Source: Alkanindiges illinoisensis DSM 15370 (GTDB taxonomy: Bacteria > Pseudomonadota > Gammaproteobacteria > Pseudomonadales > Moraxellaceae). Taken from it: DNA of 32,000 nucleotides. Location: assembly GCF_000619845.1 (NCBI RefSeq), contig NZ_JHUX01000003.1, forward strand, positions 1,270,064-1,302,063, read 5' to 3'. The notes beneath the pieces are model-generated. The model searched no databases. It was given only the letters and a program-made list of their open reading frames with translations, and had not been told where the DNA came from. This document shows positions 1 through 10,252 of this stretch, piece after piece; the stretch's first letter is position 1, and each line of letters opens with the position of its first letter. The position numbers were made by a program, and so were the translations under genes.

Positions 1-2238
1 CTTTAGCTGTATGCCCGCAGTAAAATTACGGCCAGGCTGCGGAATGGTCGATAAAAACGAGCTATGGCTATAGTATTTTTCATCCAGCAAATTATTCATT
101 TGCAGATATAACCGATAGCTGTTGCGGGCATTTAACTCACCATCATAGGCCAGTGTGGCATTAATCAGGTTATAGCCTGCGGTGGTGGATTCATAGTCGG
201 CAATATCATTTTGCTTAAACACATGCGCGTATTCGAGTGCACCGCCCAGTTGTCCACCCAAGGCATCCCAGTTGGCCTGTATACGGCTGCCCAGACGTGC
301 TGCCGGGATACGTGGCAGATTACTGTTTCCTTTTAAATCGCTGCTATCCAGTTTGGCGCGTACGTAATCACCAAACAAAGTAGCTGTGTAATTGTCGTCA
401 ATGCAGTAACTGCTTTCAGCCTCAACACCATTAAACGTAGCATCAGCTTGCGTGTATTGAATCAGGCGAAAATCTTCAAAGCGATCCAGTGTCTTGGCAT
501 AAATATAGTCATCCACCTGATTATGGTAGGCACTTAAGCCAAAGGTGAAATCACCCGACGTTTTACGCAGGCTCAGCTCAACATTATTGGATTTTTCATT
601 GCTTAGATTGGCATCACCCAGCTCATAGGTATTAGTGGCAAAGTGCCCTCCATTGGCGTATAGCTCCTGGGTATTTGGCATACGTTCAGAATGGGCCAGT
701 GACAAAGCCAGTGCATAATCCGGCACAAATTCCCAGGTGGCTGCAAAAGACGCGGAAGTCGCCGTATCGTCATAGTCCTTTGTGCTAAATTTAGCCAGAC
801 CCAGTTCTGGATTAATGGTTTGCCATTCCTGTCGCGCACCCAACTCAAAGTGGACATCATTCCACTGATAATGCTCCAGCAAAAAGGCACTGATATTCTC
901 AGTCAGGGTTTTGGGCAAAAAGGCTTCTTCACCATTGGCTTCAAAGTCCGAGCGCGCATATTGCAGACCCAGCACGCCTTCAAAACCGGCCACTGGCACA
1001 TGCGTTAATTCAATGCGCCCATCATAGCCTTTATTATTAAATTGGGTTGCGACACTGCCCTCTTCTACTTCATCGTGCTGGTAATCAGTATAGCCTGCCC
1101 TGACCCGGATCTTGTCAAACCCGGTAAATGGCTGTGCATACTCTGCCCGAAAATCCACACGCTTGCTGTCGAGTTCGATCCACGGTGCAGTTTCATGATT
1201 ATGGTCGTGATCGTGTTCATGGCCGTCATCATGATCATGTGCCGCTTCATCTTCACCTTCATGTCCCTCATCATGTCCGCCACAATGCAAATGCGTACCA
1301 TGCGGATGGCAGCTTTCATATTCATGGCTATGGCCGGGCAAGCCATATTCATCCTTGCGCTGGGTAAAGGCCAAGCCGGCAAAACCACGCTCGCCAATCC
1401 ATGACAACCCTACACTGGCATTTTCACCTGTCGCATAAGAACCATCGACCCGTTTTTCATTCTCACCTTCTGGCGCGTAGCCACGTACCTTATAATCATT
1501 GGCATCGCGTTTAACCCCTTCAACATGCAGGGCAAACTGCTCACCCAGCCCCACTGTGACAGCCGCTGCCGCCGCTTTTTCATCCGCTACTGTGTTGCCT
1601 CTTAAATTGACTTCTCCCTCAAGTCCATTTTCAGGCATACGGGTGGGAATCTTGTTATCCAGTACATTAATAGCCCCACCAATTGCACCACTGCCATACA
1701 GCAAGGTTGAAGGCCCACGTAAAACCTCAATTTTTTCGGACAATAATGGCTCGACCGTCACCATATGATCCGGTGAAATCGCGGAAGCATCCATGACTTC
1801 TGAACCATCCGACAATACCTTCACCCGGGGCGCAGTTTGCCCGCGAATCACAGGGCGACTGGCCCCACCGCCAAAACTATCGGCATAAATGCCCGGCTGC
1901 CCGGCCAGTGCCTGTCCTAATGTCGTTGCCCCGCTGGCCAATTGATCATGCTCAACCACACTGACTGGGGTGGCAATATCAGCAGCAGTTCGATCCAGCG
2001 GATGCGCACTAATGACGATGGTCGGTAATGTATTAATGTTTGCGTTAGTATTGGCAGGGGCTATGTTGGCAGGCGTTGTACTAGCAGATATTTTATTGGC
2101 AGACTGACCAAGCGCTTCTTGTTCTGCTTCATTGCGATGAGTTTCGCCCGATGTTTCTGCCCATGCACTCATAGGAACTGGTGCCAGTAGCATAGCCAGC
2201 GCCATTGCCTGTACGAGGGGATGACGTTTTAGGTGCAT
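1..2238 (-). CDS. znuD: TonB-dependent outer-membrane receptor, ZnuD-like (zinc-uptake type); C-terminal end runs off the window edge
   Basis: Absent from the ORF track because it is open at the window edge. Hand translation of the minus strand from ATG 2238 is stop-free for 746 codons down to nt 1. It shows a signal peptide (MHLKRHPLVQAMALAMLLAPVPMSAWA), a TonB-box/plug region (NTLPTIVISAHPLDR..., VLRGPSTLLYGSGAIGGAINV) and a typical barrel C-terminus (...NLLDEKYYSHSSFLSTIPQPGRNFTAGIQLK, with the final aromatic residue just outside the window). A His/Asp/Glu/Cys-rich loop (HSHEYESCHPHGTHLHCGGHDEGHEGEDEAAHDHDDGHEHDHDHNHE) is encoded at about 1190-1335. A Zur-box-like palindrome lies upstream. 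Confidence 0.82.
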   Translation of the reverse strand, partial: MHLKRHPLVQAMALAMLLAPVPMSAWAETSGETHRNEAEQEALGQSANKISASTTPANIAPANTNANINTLPTIVISAHPLDRTAADIATPVSVVEHDQLASGATTLGQALAGQPGIYADSFGGGASRPVIRGQTAPRVKVLSDGSEVMDASAISPDHMVTVEPLLSEKIEVLRGPSTLLYGSGAIGGAINVLDNKIPTRMPENGLEGEVNLRGNTVADEKAAAAAVTVGLGEQFALHVEGVKRDANDYKVRGYAPEGENEKRVDGSYATGENASVGLSWIGERGFAGLAFTQRKDEYGLPGHSHEYESCHPHGTHLHCGGHDEGHEGEDEAAHDHDDGHEHDHDHNHETAPWIELDSKRVDFRAEYAQPFTGFDKIRVRAGYTDYQHDEVEEGSVATQFNNKGYDGRIELTHVPVAGFEGVLGLQYARSDFEANGEEAFLPKTLTENISAFLLEHYQWNDVHFELGARQEWQTINPELGLAKFSTKDYDDTATSASFAATWEFVPDYALALSLAHSERMPNTQELYANGGHFATNTYELGDANLSNEKSNNVELSLRKTSGDFTFGLSAYHNQVDDYIYAKTLDRFEDFRLIQYTQADATFNGVEAESSYCIDDNYTATLFGDYVRAKLDSSDLKGNSNLPRIPAARLGSRIQANWDALGGQLGGALEYAHVFKQNDIADYESTTAGYNLINATLAYDGELNARNSYRLYLQMNNLLDEKYYSHSSFLSTIPQPGRNFTAGIQLK

Positions 2239-2324
2239 AAGATTGTCCTGTTTTTTCAAAAGCATGTTTGCAAAAGTCTGGCTTCTTTAAAGCCTGTTAT
2301 CATAAAAACCCAAATGAACAATGT

Positions 2325-2338
2325 TATGTTATAACATA
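2325..2338. promoter_or_regulatory. Candidate Zur box (perfect 14-bp palindrome TATGTTATAACATA) upstream of the znuD-like gene
   Basis: Read directly: TATGTTA/TAACATA is self-complementary and matches the GTTATA-n-TATAAC core of proteobacterial Zur operators. It lies 87 nt upstream of the receptor ATG (2238) and overlaps a plausible -35 region on the minus strand. Confidence 0.6.
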
Positions 2339-2445
2339 TTTATTAATTCAACAACCAGATACTGCAACCCATAAAAAATTTGCTGATAAAAAACTTTGTC
2401 TGCCACAAACTTTAAAAGCACAAATTTCAAAAGCACAAAAGCGTC

Positions 2446-2474
2446 TTGAGCCGCTAGCTATATATAGGCATAAT
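2446..2474 (+). promoter_or_regulatory. Candidate sigma70 promoter for aspS (TTGAGC - 17 nt - CATAAT)
   Basis: -35 TTGAGC at 2446-2451, a 17-nt spacer, and -10 CATAAT at 2469-2474, about 65 nt upstream of the aspS ATG. This is a pattern match only. Confidence 0.3.
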
Positions 2475-2539
2475 TGACCGTTTTCATGCGTTCCCCAAAA
2501 GCGCTCAAATTTTTAGATAATTAGTGGACTCTACGCGCC

Positions 2540-4327
2540 ATGATGCGAACTCATTACTGTGGCTCTTTAACTGAAGCCCAACTGGATCAAACTGTTACCT
2601 TATGCGGCTGGGTACACCGTCGCCGCGATCATGGCGGTGTGATTTTTCTGGACATGCGCGACCGTGAAGGTCTGGTCCAGGTGGTTATTGATCCGGATAC
2701 GCCAGAAGCATTTGCCACTGCCGACCGTGCACGCTCCGAATATGTATTAAAAATTAAAGGCTATGTGCGCAAGCGCTATGCAGGCACCGAAAATGCCAAT
2801 ATGGTGAGTGGTCAGATTGAAGTGCTGGCCAAAGAAATTGAAACGCTAGCCGTTTCTGAAACGCCACCATTCCCGCTGAATGATGAATTTAGCAATGTGT
2901 CCGAAGAAAACCGCCTGAAATATCGCTTTCTGGATATGCGTCGCCCGGAAATGCAGGAACGTATGGTGTTCCGCTCCAAAGTCACCAGCCTGATCCGTAA
3001 TTATATGGATCGCAATGGCTTTCTGGATGTTGAAACCCCGATCCTGACTCGTGCCACGCCAGAAGGCGCGCGTGATTATCTGGTACCTAGCCGTACCCAG
3101 CCGGGCAGTTTCTTTGCCCTGCCGCAATCACCACAGTTGTTCAAGCAATTGCTGATGGTGGCTGGTTTTGACCGTTATTACCAGATTGCCAAGTGCTTCC
3201 GTGACGAAGACCTGCGTGCTGACCGTCAGCCGGAATTCACCCAGATCGACGTTGAAACTTCCTTTATGTCTGATGAAGACATCATGCAAATGATGGAAGG
3301 CCTCACCGTTGAGCTGTTTGACACCATGTTGAACGTGAAGTTTGATAAATTCCCACGCATGACCTACGCCGATGCCATGCGTGATTATGCTTCTGACAAG
3401 CCAGACCTGCGTATTCCATTGAAACTGGTTGACGTGGCCGACCTGATGCAGGAAGTGGAATTTAAGGTATTTGCCGGCCCAGCCAAAGACCCGAAAGGCC
3501 GTATTGCAGCCTTGCGTGTACCGGGTGCAGGCGAGTTAAGTCGTGGTCAAATTGACGAATACACCAAATTTGTGGGTATTTATGGCGCCAAAGGTCTGGC
3601 CTACATCAAGGTTAATGACTTGAGCCAGGGCGTTGCTGGTCTGCAATCACCTATCGTCAAATTCATTGAACCGATTGTATTGCAACTGCTGGAACGTGTT
3701 GGTGCTGAAAATGGCGACATCGTATTCTTTGGCGCAGATAAAGCCAAGGTTGTAAACGATGCCATGGGCGCACTACGTGTGAAGATTGGCCATGACCTGA
3801 AACTGGCAACTTGTGAATGGGCGCCAATGTGGGTGGTTGACTTCCCGATGTTTGAAGAAACAGACGATGGCAAATGGACCTCTGTTCACCATCCATTTAC
3901 CCTGCCAAAGGGTTCGGTTGAGGACATGAAAACCAATCCGGGTCAGGCCTTGTCTGTTGCCTATGACATGGTCTTAAACGGTACTGAAATTGGTGGTGGC
4001 AGCTTGCGTATTTATACGCTGGACATGCAAAAAGCGGTGTTTGAAGCGCTAGGCATTTCTGATGAGGAAGCCGAAGATAAATTCAGCTTCCTGCTGGATG
4101 CACTGAAATATGGTGCGCCACCACATGGTGGTCTGGCCTTTGGTCTGGATCGTCTGGTGATGCTCATGACTGGCGCAAACTCCATCCGTGAAGTGATTGC
4201 CTTCCCGAAAACCAAAACAGCTGAATGTCCATTAACTCAGGCACCAGCCCCTGTTGATGCCAACCAGTTACGTGATCTGGGTATTCGCCTACGTGAAAAA
4301 CCAAAAGCCGAAGCTGGACAGGCTTAA
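2540..4327 (+). CDS. aspS: Aspartate--tRNA ligase (class II)
   Basis: 595-aa ORF. The N-terminus [44 protein letters not shown] has an OB anticodon-binding fold. Class II motifs are present: [25 protein letters not shown] and [24 protein letters not shown]. Confidence 0.98.
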   Translation: MMRTHYCGSLTEAQLDQTVTLCGWVHRRRDHGGVIFLDMRDREGLVQVVIDPDTPEAFATADRARSEYVLKIKGYVRKRYAGTENANMVSGQIEVLAKEIETLAVSETPPFPLNDEFSNVSEENRLKYRFLDMRRPEMQERMVFRSKVTSLIRNYMDRNGFLDVETPILTRATPEGARDYLVPSRTQPGSFFALPQSPQLFKQLLMVAGFDRYYQIAKCFRDEDLRADRQPEFTQIDVETSFMSDEDIMQMMEGLTVELFDTMLNVKFDKFPRMTYADAMRDYASDKPDLRIPLKLVDVADLMQEVEFKVFAGPAKDPKGRIAALRVPGAGELSRGQIDEYTKFVGIYGAKGLAYIKVNDLSQGVAGLQSPIVKFIEPIVLQLLERVGAENGDIVFFGADKAKVVNDAMGALRVKIGHDLKLATCEWAPMWVVDFPMFEETDDGKWTSVHHPFTLPKGSVEDMKTNPGQALSVAYDMVLNGTEIGGGSLRIYTLDMQKAVFEALGISDEEAEDKFSFLLDALKYGAPPHGGLAFGLDRLVMLMTGANSIREVIAFPKTKTAECPLTQAPAPVDANQLRDLGIRLREKPKAEAGQA

Positions 4328-4355
4328 GGTATTGCTTAATTTATAACGCGGTACT

Positions 4356-4386
4356 AAAAAAGCTCTCCCAGTGAGGGCTTTTTTTA
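4356..4386 (+). terminator. Rho-independent terminator after aspS
   Basis: Stem AGCTCTC (4361-4367) pairs with GAGGGCT (4373-4379) with one G-U pair, around a 5-nt loop. A T-run follows at 4380-4385 and an A-run precedes the stem. Confidence 0.6.
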
Positions 4387-4542
4387 TAGCTGGATACTTG
4401 AGCTGATTTTTTGTCTTTAACTTTTAAAATGTTATTGCTGTTTGAATCAGTGTTTTAAAGTTGTCCTTTCAGTTGCCCTGTCTGGGGCTTCATGCGACAA
4501 TTTGGACCTACAAATAATTTTTAGTATTGAAAGGCATAAGCT

Positions 4543-4767
4543 ATGGCAATGCGTCCTGAAGTAAAACGAAATGGCTGGTTAATCATTGGATTTGCTGTTC
4601 TTCAGTGCATTTTGCTCCAGACAGCCGTCCATCAGCAGTGGCTGGACTTAAATTATTCGCAGCGCGCGGCCACTTATACCTTAAGTGGAATCTTCTGCGC
4701 CACCCTGATTTTATTGGCCCTGCTTTATATGGTGGTTAAGGGTAATCCTGATAATTATGATTCCTAA
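4543..4767 (+). CDS. Hypothetical small membrane protein (two predicted TM helices)
   Basis: 74-aa ATG ORF with AAAGG 9 nt upstream. It has two hydrophobic stretches (WLIIGFAVLQCILLQTAV and LSGIFCATLILLALLYMVV). No family was recognised. Confidence 0.4.
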   Translation: MAMRPEVKRNGWLIIGFAVLQCILLQTAVHQQWLDLNYSQRAATYTLSGIFCATLILLALLYMVVKGNPDNYDS

Positions 4768-4855
4768 TACATAGGACTCATCAGCTATCAGTCTATACGG
4801 CCTTATTGTTATCAGTGGTTTAGCACAAATGACCTGTACTAAAAGTCGTCAATGC

Positions 4856-5701
4856 TTACTTTAGTGAACTGTTCCGTGCTACAGGTTGTGTCACACCAAT
4901 AATTGGCCCCAAAAAACGCTGCCGGTCATGACGATTTAACGCAGGCAAATACAGGCTGGAAATGGTTCCATCCAGATATAATGCATTGTCTATTTTTAGG
5001 GTATTTTTGAAGAAGTCTGCCAATTCATAAAAACTCACGGGCTGTTCGCTAATCACAAATACCGCTTTAGTGGACTGCTTAACGCCTACGGCATTGCGGA
5101 TAAAACGTGAGCTTGAGGCTGGATTAAACTGGCTGTTAATTTTTCCCCTATAAACCAGCAATGGCCCCGACTGGGTTGCTAGCCAGATATGCTTGGGTGG
5201 GTTGCTTTGAAAATCAGTTGTACTTACCACCTGCACACTATCAGCACCTGAAGGATATTTATCTGCTGTTTTGAGCAAAAATACGCCATTCGGCTGCATA
5301 AAGAAGTTGCCTGTACCCGTTGCTGTATTTAATGGATATAGCTCACGACCTTGCTCAACATACAAGCCAACCGGCAAATAGTTGGGATGAAACATGCCAG
5401 CATTCATGGCAAAGATCAGTTGTTGGGATGCAGATTGTCGCTGTACTGACTGCTGTTTTAATAATTGCTGATTAATCGCTGCAAACGATTGGTACGGATT
5501 TCCACGATTATCCTTTAAAAACAATTGCAGATTATCTTTTTTAATATCCACAGTTACCACCACAGCCCGGGTATTGGCAAGTGGCAAGGTTTGCACTTCA
5601 ATAGCCTGACTGTTTTGCAAGGTCATCAACCCTATGATGCCGGCAAATAGCCAGTGTTTAAGCTGTTTTTTTATGAAGCCAGGCCTTTGATTGGTAGTCA
5701 T
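4856..5701 (-). CDS. Secreted phosphodiester glycosidase family protein (DUF2233/NAGPA-like)
   Basis: 281-aa ORF with an AAGGTG RBS and an N-terminal signal peptide (...LMTLQNSQA-IE). The blocks LIFAMNAGMF, GNFFMQPNGVF, ATQSGPLLV, RNAVGV, VFVIS and ALYLDGTISSLY resemble the DUF2233 family. Confidence 0.7.
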   Translation of the reverse strand: MTTNQRPGFIKKQLKHWLFAGIIGLMTLQNSQAIEVQTLPLANTRAVVVTVDIKKDNLQLFLKDNRGNPYQSFAAINQQLLKQQSVQRQSASQQLIFAMNAGMFHPNYLPVGLYVEQGRELYPLNTATGTGNFFMQPNGVFLLKTADKYPSGADSVQVVSTTDFQSNPPKHIWLATQSGPLLVYRGKINSQFNPASSSRFIRNAVGVKQSTKAVFVISEQPVSFYELADFFKNTLKIDNALYLDGTISSLYLPALNRHDRQRFLGPIIGVTQPVARNSSLK

Positions 5702-5770
5702 GACTGCACCTTATGTCAGTTTTTGGTTTAAGCACAAAATATTTTTGAGTAAAATAGTTTAACTCTTGGG

Positions 5771-6154
5771 ATGGACACACGCATGCGTCTTTTTTTAACA
5801 ATAATAAGTTTAACAACAGCTATTTTATTGACTGGTTGCTCCCGTGAACCCACTGAACCAGAATTACGGCAGGCCTATGAAGAAACACTGGCAGAAGCTA
5901 ATCAGCTTGCTGTAAAAATTGGCGGTGACCGCATGAAAATTGGCTTACAGGATTTTAAAAAACTATCCTGCGAACAGCCAGAAGCTTCTGCCAATCAGGA
6001 AAATCAAAGCCAGCAAGAATCAAATAGTACCAAACAGTATCGCTGTGATATTCAGGTGAAACTGGATTTACCGCTGGTTGGGCCTAGCACGCAAAATGGC
6101 AAAATGACTGTGGTCAAGCACGACCGTGGCTGGGTGGTGCTCAGCAATAACTAA
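5771..6154 (+). CDS. Hypothetical lipoprotein
   Basis: 127-aa ORF with a signal peptide ending in the lipobox LLTG-C. A Q/N/S/E-rich low-complexity linker (ASANQENQSQQESNSTKQ) is present. No family was recognised. The start could instead be the ATG at 5783. Confidence 0.6.
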   Translation: MDTRMRLFLTIISLTTAILLTGCSREPTEPELRQAYEETLAEANQLAVKIGGDRMKIGLQDFKKLSCEQPEASANQENQSQQESNSTKQYRCDIQVKLDLPLVGPSTQNGKMTVVKHDRGWVVLSNN

Positions 6155-6178
6155 TTTGCTGGGAACAAATATCCTGCC

Positions 6179-7051
6179 ATGTATTTTTTACTCAAGATTC
6201 TTGCGCGCCTGCCGCTTCCAGTCCTGTACTATTTGGCGCGCTGGGTTGCCCTATTTATTATCATCATGCCCTATGCAGGCATGCGCTGGGTAGTGCGTGT
6301 TAACCTGTCACTAACCTATCCCCAGTTAAGCCAGCAGCAACGGCTTCAACTGGAACGAGCCAGTATTTACAGCCAATGCCTGACTGCCGCCGAATCCATT
6401 AAAAGCTGGGGCATGCCAACATCCTACAGCCTGGCGCAAATCCACAGTATTTCAGGCACTGATATTTTGCTGGAAGCACTGAAAAACCCGAATGGCGTTA
6501 TTGCTGTCGTACCGCATTTTGGCACGTGGGAGCTGATGAATGCCTGGCTAAACCAGTACGCCAGTCCAGTCATTATGTATAAGCCCAGCAAGGATGCCGG
6601 TGTTGATCGTTTTATGCTGGAAGCACGCCAGCGCCTGAACGCTACCCTTGTGCCCACCGATGATTCTGGTGTACGTGCCATTTTTAAGGCGTTAAAAAAA
6701 GGAGGTTTTACAGCCATTTTGCCGGATCATGTGCCGGATTATTCCGGGGGGATTTATGCACCTTTTTTTGGCCATCCGGTTTTAACCACCACACTGGTAT
6801 CCAAGCTGGCGCAAAAAACCCAGTGCAGTGTGCTTGGGCTTAGTTGTATCCGTCGGCCAGGTTTATCGGGCTTTGATGTCGTTTGTGAACTACTGGACCA
6901 CCGGATTCTGGATCAGGATTTACAGGTATCAGTGAATGCCTTGAATGCCGAGATTGAGCGCCTGATTGCCCGTGCTCCCGAGCAATACATGTGGGGTTAC
7001 AAGCGCTTTAAGCAAATGCAAAATTTGTCCAATGTTTATAAAAAGCCTTAA
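6179..7051 (+). CDS. Lipid A secondary acyltransferase family protein (LpxL/LpxM/HtrB-type lysophospholipid acyltransferase)
   Basis: 290-aa ORF with an N-terminal membrane anchor (MYFLLKILARLPLPVLYYLARWVALFIII). The H-x4-E catalytic motif occurs in VVPHFGTWELMN. The C-terminal block PEQYMWGYKRFK is typical of this family. Confidence 0.75.
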   Translation: MYFLLKILARLPLPVLYYLARWVALFIIIMPYAGMRWVVRVNLSLTYPQLSQQQRLQLERASIYSQCLTAAESIKSWGMPTSYSLAQIHSISGTDILLEALKNPNGVIAVVPHFGTWELMNAWLNQYASPVIMYKPSKDAGVDRFMLEARQRLNATLVPTDDSGVRAIFKALKKGGFTAILPDHVPDYSGGIYAPFFGHPVLTTTLVSKLAQKTQCSVLGLSCIRRPGLSGFDVVCELLDHRILDQDLQVSVNALNAEIERLIARAPEQYMWGYKRFKQMQNLSNVYKKP

Positions 7052-7138
7052 AAAAAATTAACTTAAAATGAATCAAATTCTTAAGTAAAACTAAGCTAAA
7101 ATTAACTCATAATGACCGTAAAATGATGTTTAAACAAC

Positions 7139-8521
7139 ATGACGACACCACTTACCTGTTTTAAAGCCTATGACATTCGTGGCCGCCTTGGCACAGAACT
7201 CAACGAAGATATTGCCTACCGGATTGGCCGTGCCTATGGCCAGATTTACCAGCCTAAAACTGTAGTGGTTGGCAGTGATATTCGTTTAACCAGTGAAGGC
7301 CTTAAACAAGCGACTGCACGTGGTCTAATGGATGCGGGGGTTGATGTGATTGACCTTGGCATGACAGGTACTGAAGAAGTTTATTTCGGTGCATTTCATC
7401 TGGATGTACAAGGCGGCATTGAAGTCACTGCCAGCCATAATCCCATGGATTACAATGGCATGAAGCTGGTACGTGAAAATGCCTACCCGATTAGCGCCGA
7501 TAGTGGTTTAAAAGAAATTCAGGCACTGGCGGAAAGTCAGGATTTTGTAGAAGGCCTGCAAAAAGGCACCTTAATACAAAAATCCATTTTAAAAGAATTT
7601 GTTGAACACCTGCTGACCTATATTGATATTGGTCAGTTAAAGCCACTCAAGCTGGTAGTCAATGCAGGAAATGGTGCAGCGGGTCATGTGATTGATGCCA
7701 TAGAGCAGCAATTTGTGCAGCACAATGTGCCTGTTGAGTTTATTAAAGTCCACCACGAAGCCAATGGCAATTTTCCAAATGGGATTCCTAACCCGTTATT
7801 GCCGGAAAACCGCGCTGCCACTCGCGATGCGCTGCTGGCGCATCAAGCTGATCTTGGCATTGCCTGGGATGGTGATTTTGACCGTTGTTTCCTGTTTGAT
7901 GAAACCGGCCAGTTTATTGAAGGCTATTATATTGTTGGCTTGCTGGCTCAGGCGTTTTTGCTTAAAGCACCCGGTGAAAAAATCATTCATGACCCACGCC
8001 TCACCTGGAATACCATTGATATGGTTGAGGAAAGTAAGGGTGAAGCCATTCAATCCAAATGTGGTCATGCTTTTATTAAAGAGCAAATGCGCCGGGATAA
8101 TGCCATTTATGGCGGCGAAATGAGTGCCCATCATTATTTCCGTGATTTTGCCTACTGCGACAGCGGGATGATTCCCTGGCTTTTGGTGATTGAACTGATT
8201 TCCCAAACTGGCAAGCCACTATCTGAATTGGTGAATGAACGGATTGCAAAATTTCCGTGTAGTGGTGAAATCAATTTTGTGGTGGATGATAGCAAAGCCA
8301 CCATTCAGCGTGTACTTGATTATTTTGCACCACAGCAACCTGCCATGGACACCATTGATGGCATTAGCCTTGATTTTGGCAATTGGCGCTTTAACTTGCG
8401 TGCTTCCAACACCGAGCCTTTATTGCGCTTGAATATTGAAAGCAAAGGCTGGCTGGAAAATAATGGTGTCGAGCAATATATCGATTTACTCACCCGTTTA
8501 ATTGAAAATAAAACCGTGTAA
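7139..8521 (+). CDS. pgm: Phosphomannomutase/phosphoglucomutase (ManB/CpsG type)
   Basis: 460-aa ORF. N-terminus is [30 protein letters not shown]. The active-site Ser loop is [13 protein letters not shown] and the metal loop is [19 protein letters not shown] is also present. Confidence 0.93.
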   Translation: MTTPLTCFKAYDIRGRLGTELNEDIAYRIGRAYGQIYQPKTVVVGSDIRLTSEGLKQATARGLMDAGVDVIDLGMTGTEEVYFGAFHLDVQGGIEVTASHNPMDYNGMKLVRENAYPISADSGLKEIQALAESQDFVEGLQKGTLIQKSILKEFVEHLLTYIDIGQLKPLKLVVNAGNGAAGHVIDAIEQQFVQHNVPVEFIKVHHEANGNFPNGIPNPLLPENRAATRDALLAHQADLGIAWDGDFDRCFLFDETGQFIEGYYIVGLLAQAFLLKAPGEKIIHDPRLTWNTIDMVEESKGEAIQSKCGHAFIKEQMRRDNAIYGGEMSAHHYFRDFAYCDSGMIPWLLVIELISQTGKPLSELVNERIAKFPCSGEINFVVDDSKATIQRVLDYFAPQQPAMDTIDGISLDFGNWRFNLRASNTEPLLRLNIESKGWLENNGVEQYIDLLTRLIENKTV

Positions 8522-8542
8522 GTTTTTTAATATCGCTGCAAG

Positions 8543-8576
8543 AAAAACTCCCCTAAGCAAAGGGGAGTTTTATCTT
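8543..8576. terminator. Bidirectional rho-independent terminator between convergent pgm and gpi
   Basis: Perfect 10-bp stem AAACTCCCCT (8545-8554) / AGGGGAGTTT (8561-8570) with a 6-nt loop. Each strand's transcript has a U-rich tract after the stem. Confidence 0.8.
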
Positions 8577-8589
8577 CTAAAAACAAAAA

Positions 8590-10251
8590 CTATCCCAAAA
8601 TAAAACGCAATAAGCCTTCTGTTGACGAATCAAACTGCTTGCTGGCTTGCTTGCCTTGTAAGGCTGGTAGCAGTTCCTTGGCAATTTCCTTACCCATCTC
8701 CACACCCCATTGGTCAAAGGGATTAATTCCCCAAATCACCGACTGTACAAAAACCTTGTGCTCATAAGCTGCTAGTAAAGCGCCCAAGCTAAAGGGATTT
8801 AATTCATGCAGCAAAATGGTCGAACTCGATTGATTACCATAGTAGCGTTTATACACGGGCAAATCATTATAACCTTCATCCAGCGCGCCCTCACCCAGTG
8901 CCAGCAAACGGGACTGTGCCAGACAATTGGCCAGCGCCAGTTGATGCTGTGCCTGTAATTCACTGGCAGCCTCCGCATGCAACTTTTCACGGGCATGGTA
9001 ACGTAAGGCGGGTGCAATAAAATCACAAGTAATCGGTTCAGTGCCCTGATGCAAAAGCTGATAAAACGCATGTTGGGCATTAGGGCCAACATTACCCCAG
9101 ATAATCGGGCAAGTTCCAAGCTTGACGCGTTCCCCTTCACGGGTGACTGACTTGCCATTGGATTCCATTTCGAGCTGTTGTAAATAATCTGCCAGATATT
9201 CCAGCCGCCCGTCATAGGGCAAAATGGCCTGCGTCTTAATATTGAGAAAATTGGTATTCCATATGCCAATCAACGCCATCAACACAGGCAGGTTTTCAGA
9301 CCACGGCGCATTTTGAAAGTGCTGATCCATAAAATGAGCACCCGCCAGCAATTGCTTAAAGCCTTCAATACCAATGGTTAGGGCAATCGGCATACCAATC
9401 GTTGACCATAATGAAAAGCGGCCACCCACCCAATCCCACATGCTAAGTTGATGCTCAGGATAAATACCCCACTCGGTCATTTTTTCCTTATTGGTCGATA
9501 CACCAATAAAATGGCAGCGGTCTACCCTTGAATTACGACCCAGCTTACGCTCAAGCCAGGTTCTGGCAGTTTCAGCGTTATATAAGGTATCAACCGTAGT
9601 AAAAGATTTGGATGAAATAATAAACAGAGTAGTTTCAGGCCGTAGCTCATGCAATACATGCGACACCTGACTGCCATCCATAGACGATACAAAATGAACC
9701 TGAAGATTTTGTGGTGTTTTAATTCGATAATCTTCCAGCGCCCGGCTAACCATTAGCGGGCCAAGGTCTGAACCACCAACACCAATGTTCACTACATCAG
9801 TAATGACCTCTCCGGTACAGCCGCGGTATTGGCCACGATGTAACTGATCCACCAGGAAACCCATGTGATCAATCTGCTTATGAATGGCCTGCAAAATCTC
9901 ATTATCAAGCGCTGAGGCTGACCGCTGTTGTTCTTCATCTGATAGGTTTGGAATACGCAAAGCCCAGTGCATGGCAGCACGGTTTTCAGTATCATTAACC
10001 CTGTCACCCTGAAATAGTTTTTTTATCCAGCTACGCAACTGGGCAGCATCTGCAAACCGGTTCAATGAGTCCAGAATATTGCGGGTAACCCGCTGCTTGC
10101 TGTAGTCAAACAGCAAAGGTCCTATTTCCAGTTTAAACTGGTCAAACCGGGCTGCGTCCTGATTGAATAAGTCCTTCAAATGAACTGTTTTTGAAAACTC
10201 AGCATATTTTTTAAGCTGTTCATAGGGCGGAAGTGAATGATCAACCTGCAT
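8590..10251 (-). CDS. gpi: Glucose-6-phosphate isomerase
   Basis: PGI motifs are present: [40 protein letters not shown] and [14 protein letters not shown]. The track ORF starts at a TTG (10284) inside ugd. I prefer ATG 10251 ([16 protein letters not shown]...), which has GGAAGGGGA upstream and sits 1 nt after the ugd stop codon. Confidence 0.93.
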   Translation of the reverse strand: MQVDHSLPPYEQLKKYAEFSKTVHLKDLFNQDAARFDQFKLEIGPLLFDYSKQRVTRNILDSLNRFADAAQLRSWIKKLFQGDRVNDTENRAAMHWALRIPNLSDEEQQRSASALDNEILQAIHKQIDHMGFLVDQLHRGQYRGCTGEVITDVVNIGVGGSDLGPLMVSRALEDYRIKTPQNLQVHFVSSMDGSQVSHVLHELRPETTLFIISSKSFTTVDTLYNAETARTWLERKLGRNSRVDRCHFIGVSTNKEKMTEWGIYPEHQLSMWDWVGGRFSLWSTIGMPIALTIGIEGFKQLLAGAHFMDQHFQNAPWSENLPVLMALIGIWNTNFLNIKTQAILPYDGRLEYLADYLQQLEMESNGKSVTREGERVKLGTCPIIWGNVGPNAQHAFYQLLHQGTEPITCDFIAPALRYHAREKLHAEAASELQAQHQLALANCLAQSRLLALGEGALDEGYNDLPVYKRYYGNQSSSTILLHELNPFSLGALLAAYEHKVFVQSVIWGINPFDQWGVEMGKEIAKELLPALQGKQASKQFDSSTEGLLRFILG

Positions 10252-10252
10252 C

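Noticed and set aside
1042-1404. Three overlapping track ORFs (1042-1404 +, 1065-1397 -, 1128-1367 +) rich in His, Met and Ile
   Set aside because: They are alternative-frame and antisense readings of the CAT/GAT/GAA-repetitive His-rich loop region. The in-frame 746-codon TonB-dependent receptor reading explains the sequence. The 603-890, 820-1008 and 1499-1768 ORFs are likewise nested in that gene.
2268-2477. 69-aa ORF in the znuD/aspS intergenic region
   Set aside because: It starts at a TTG with no RBS, has low-complexity AT-rich sequence, and spans the Zur box and the likely aspS promoter. It is most likely non-coding.
4387-4542. Possible small RNA or peptide genes in the longer intergenic regions (4387-4542, 29396-29629, 30749-30958)
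   Set aside because: They contain only 8-11 codon ORFs without an RBS. No convincing promoter-plus-terminator pair or conserved structure is recognisable from sequence alone.
7713-8206. 136-aa ORFs on both strands inside pgm, and similar nested ORFs in gpi (8799-9269, 9792-10007), the rml genes, ilvE (23212-23960) and glnE (24251-26519)
   Set aside because: All are wholly contained in alternative frames of genes with strong family signatures, and none has a recognisable motif of its own.
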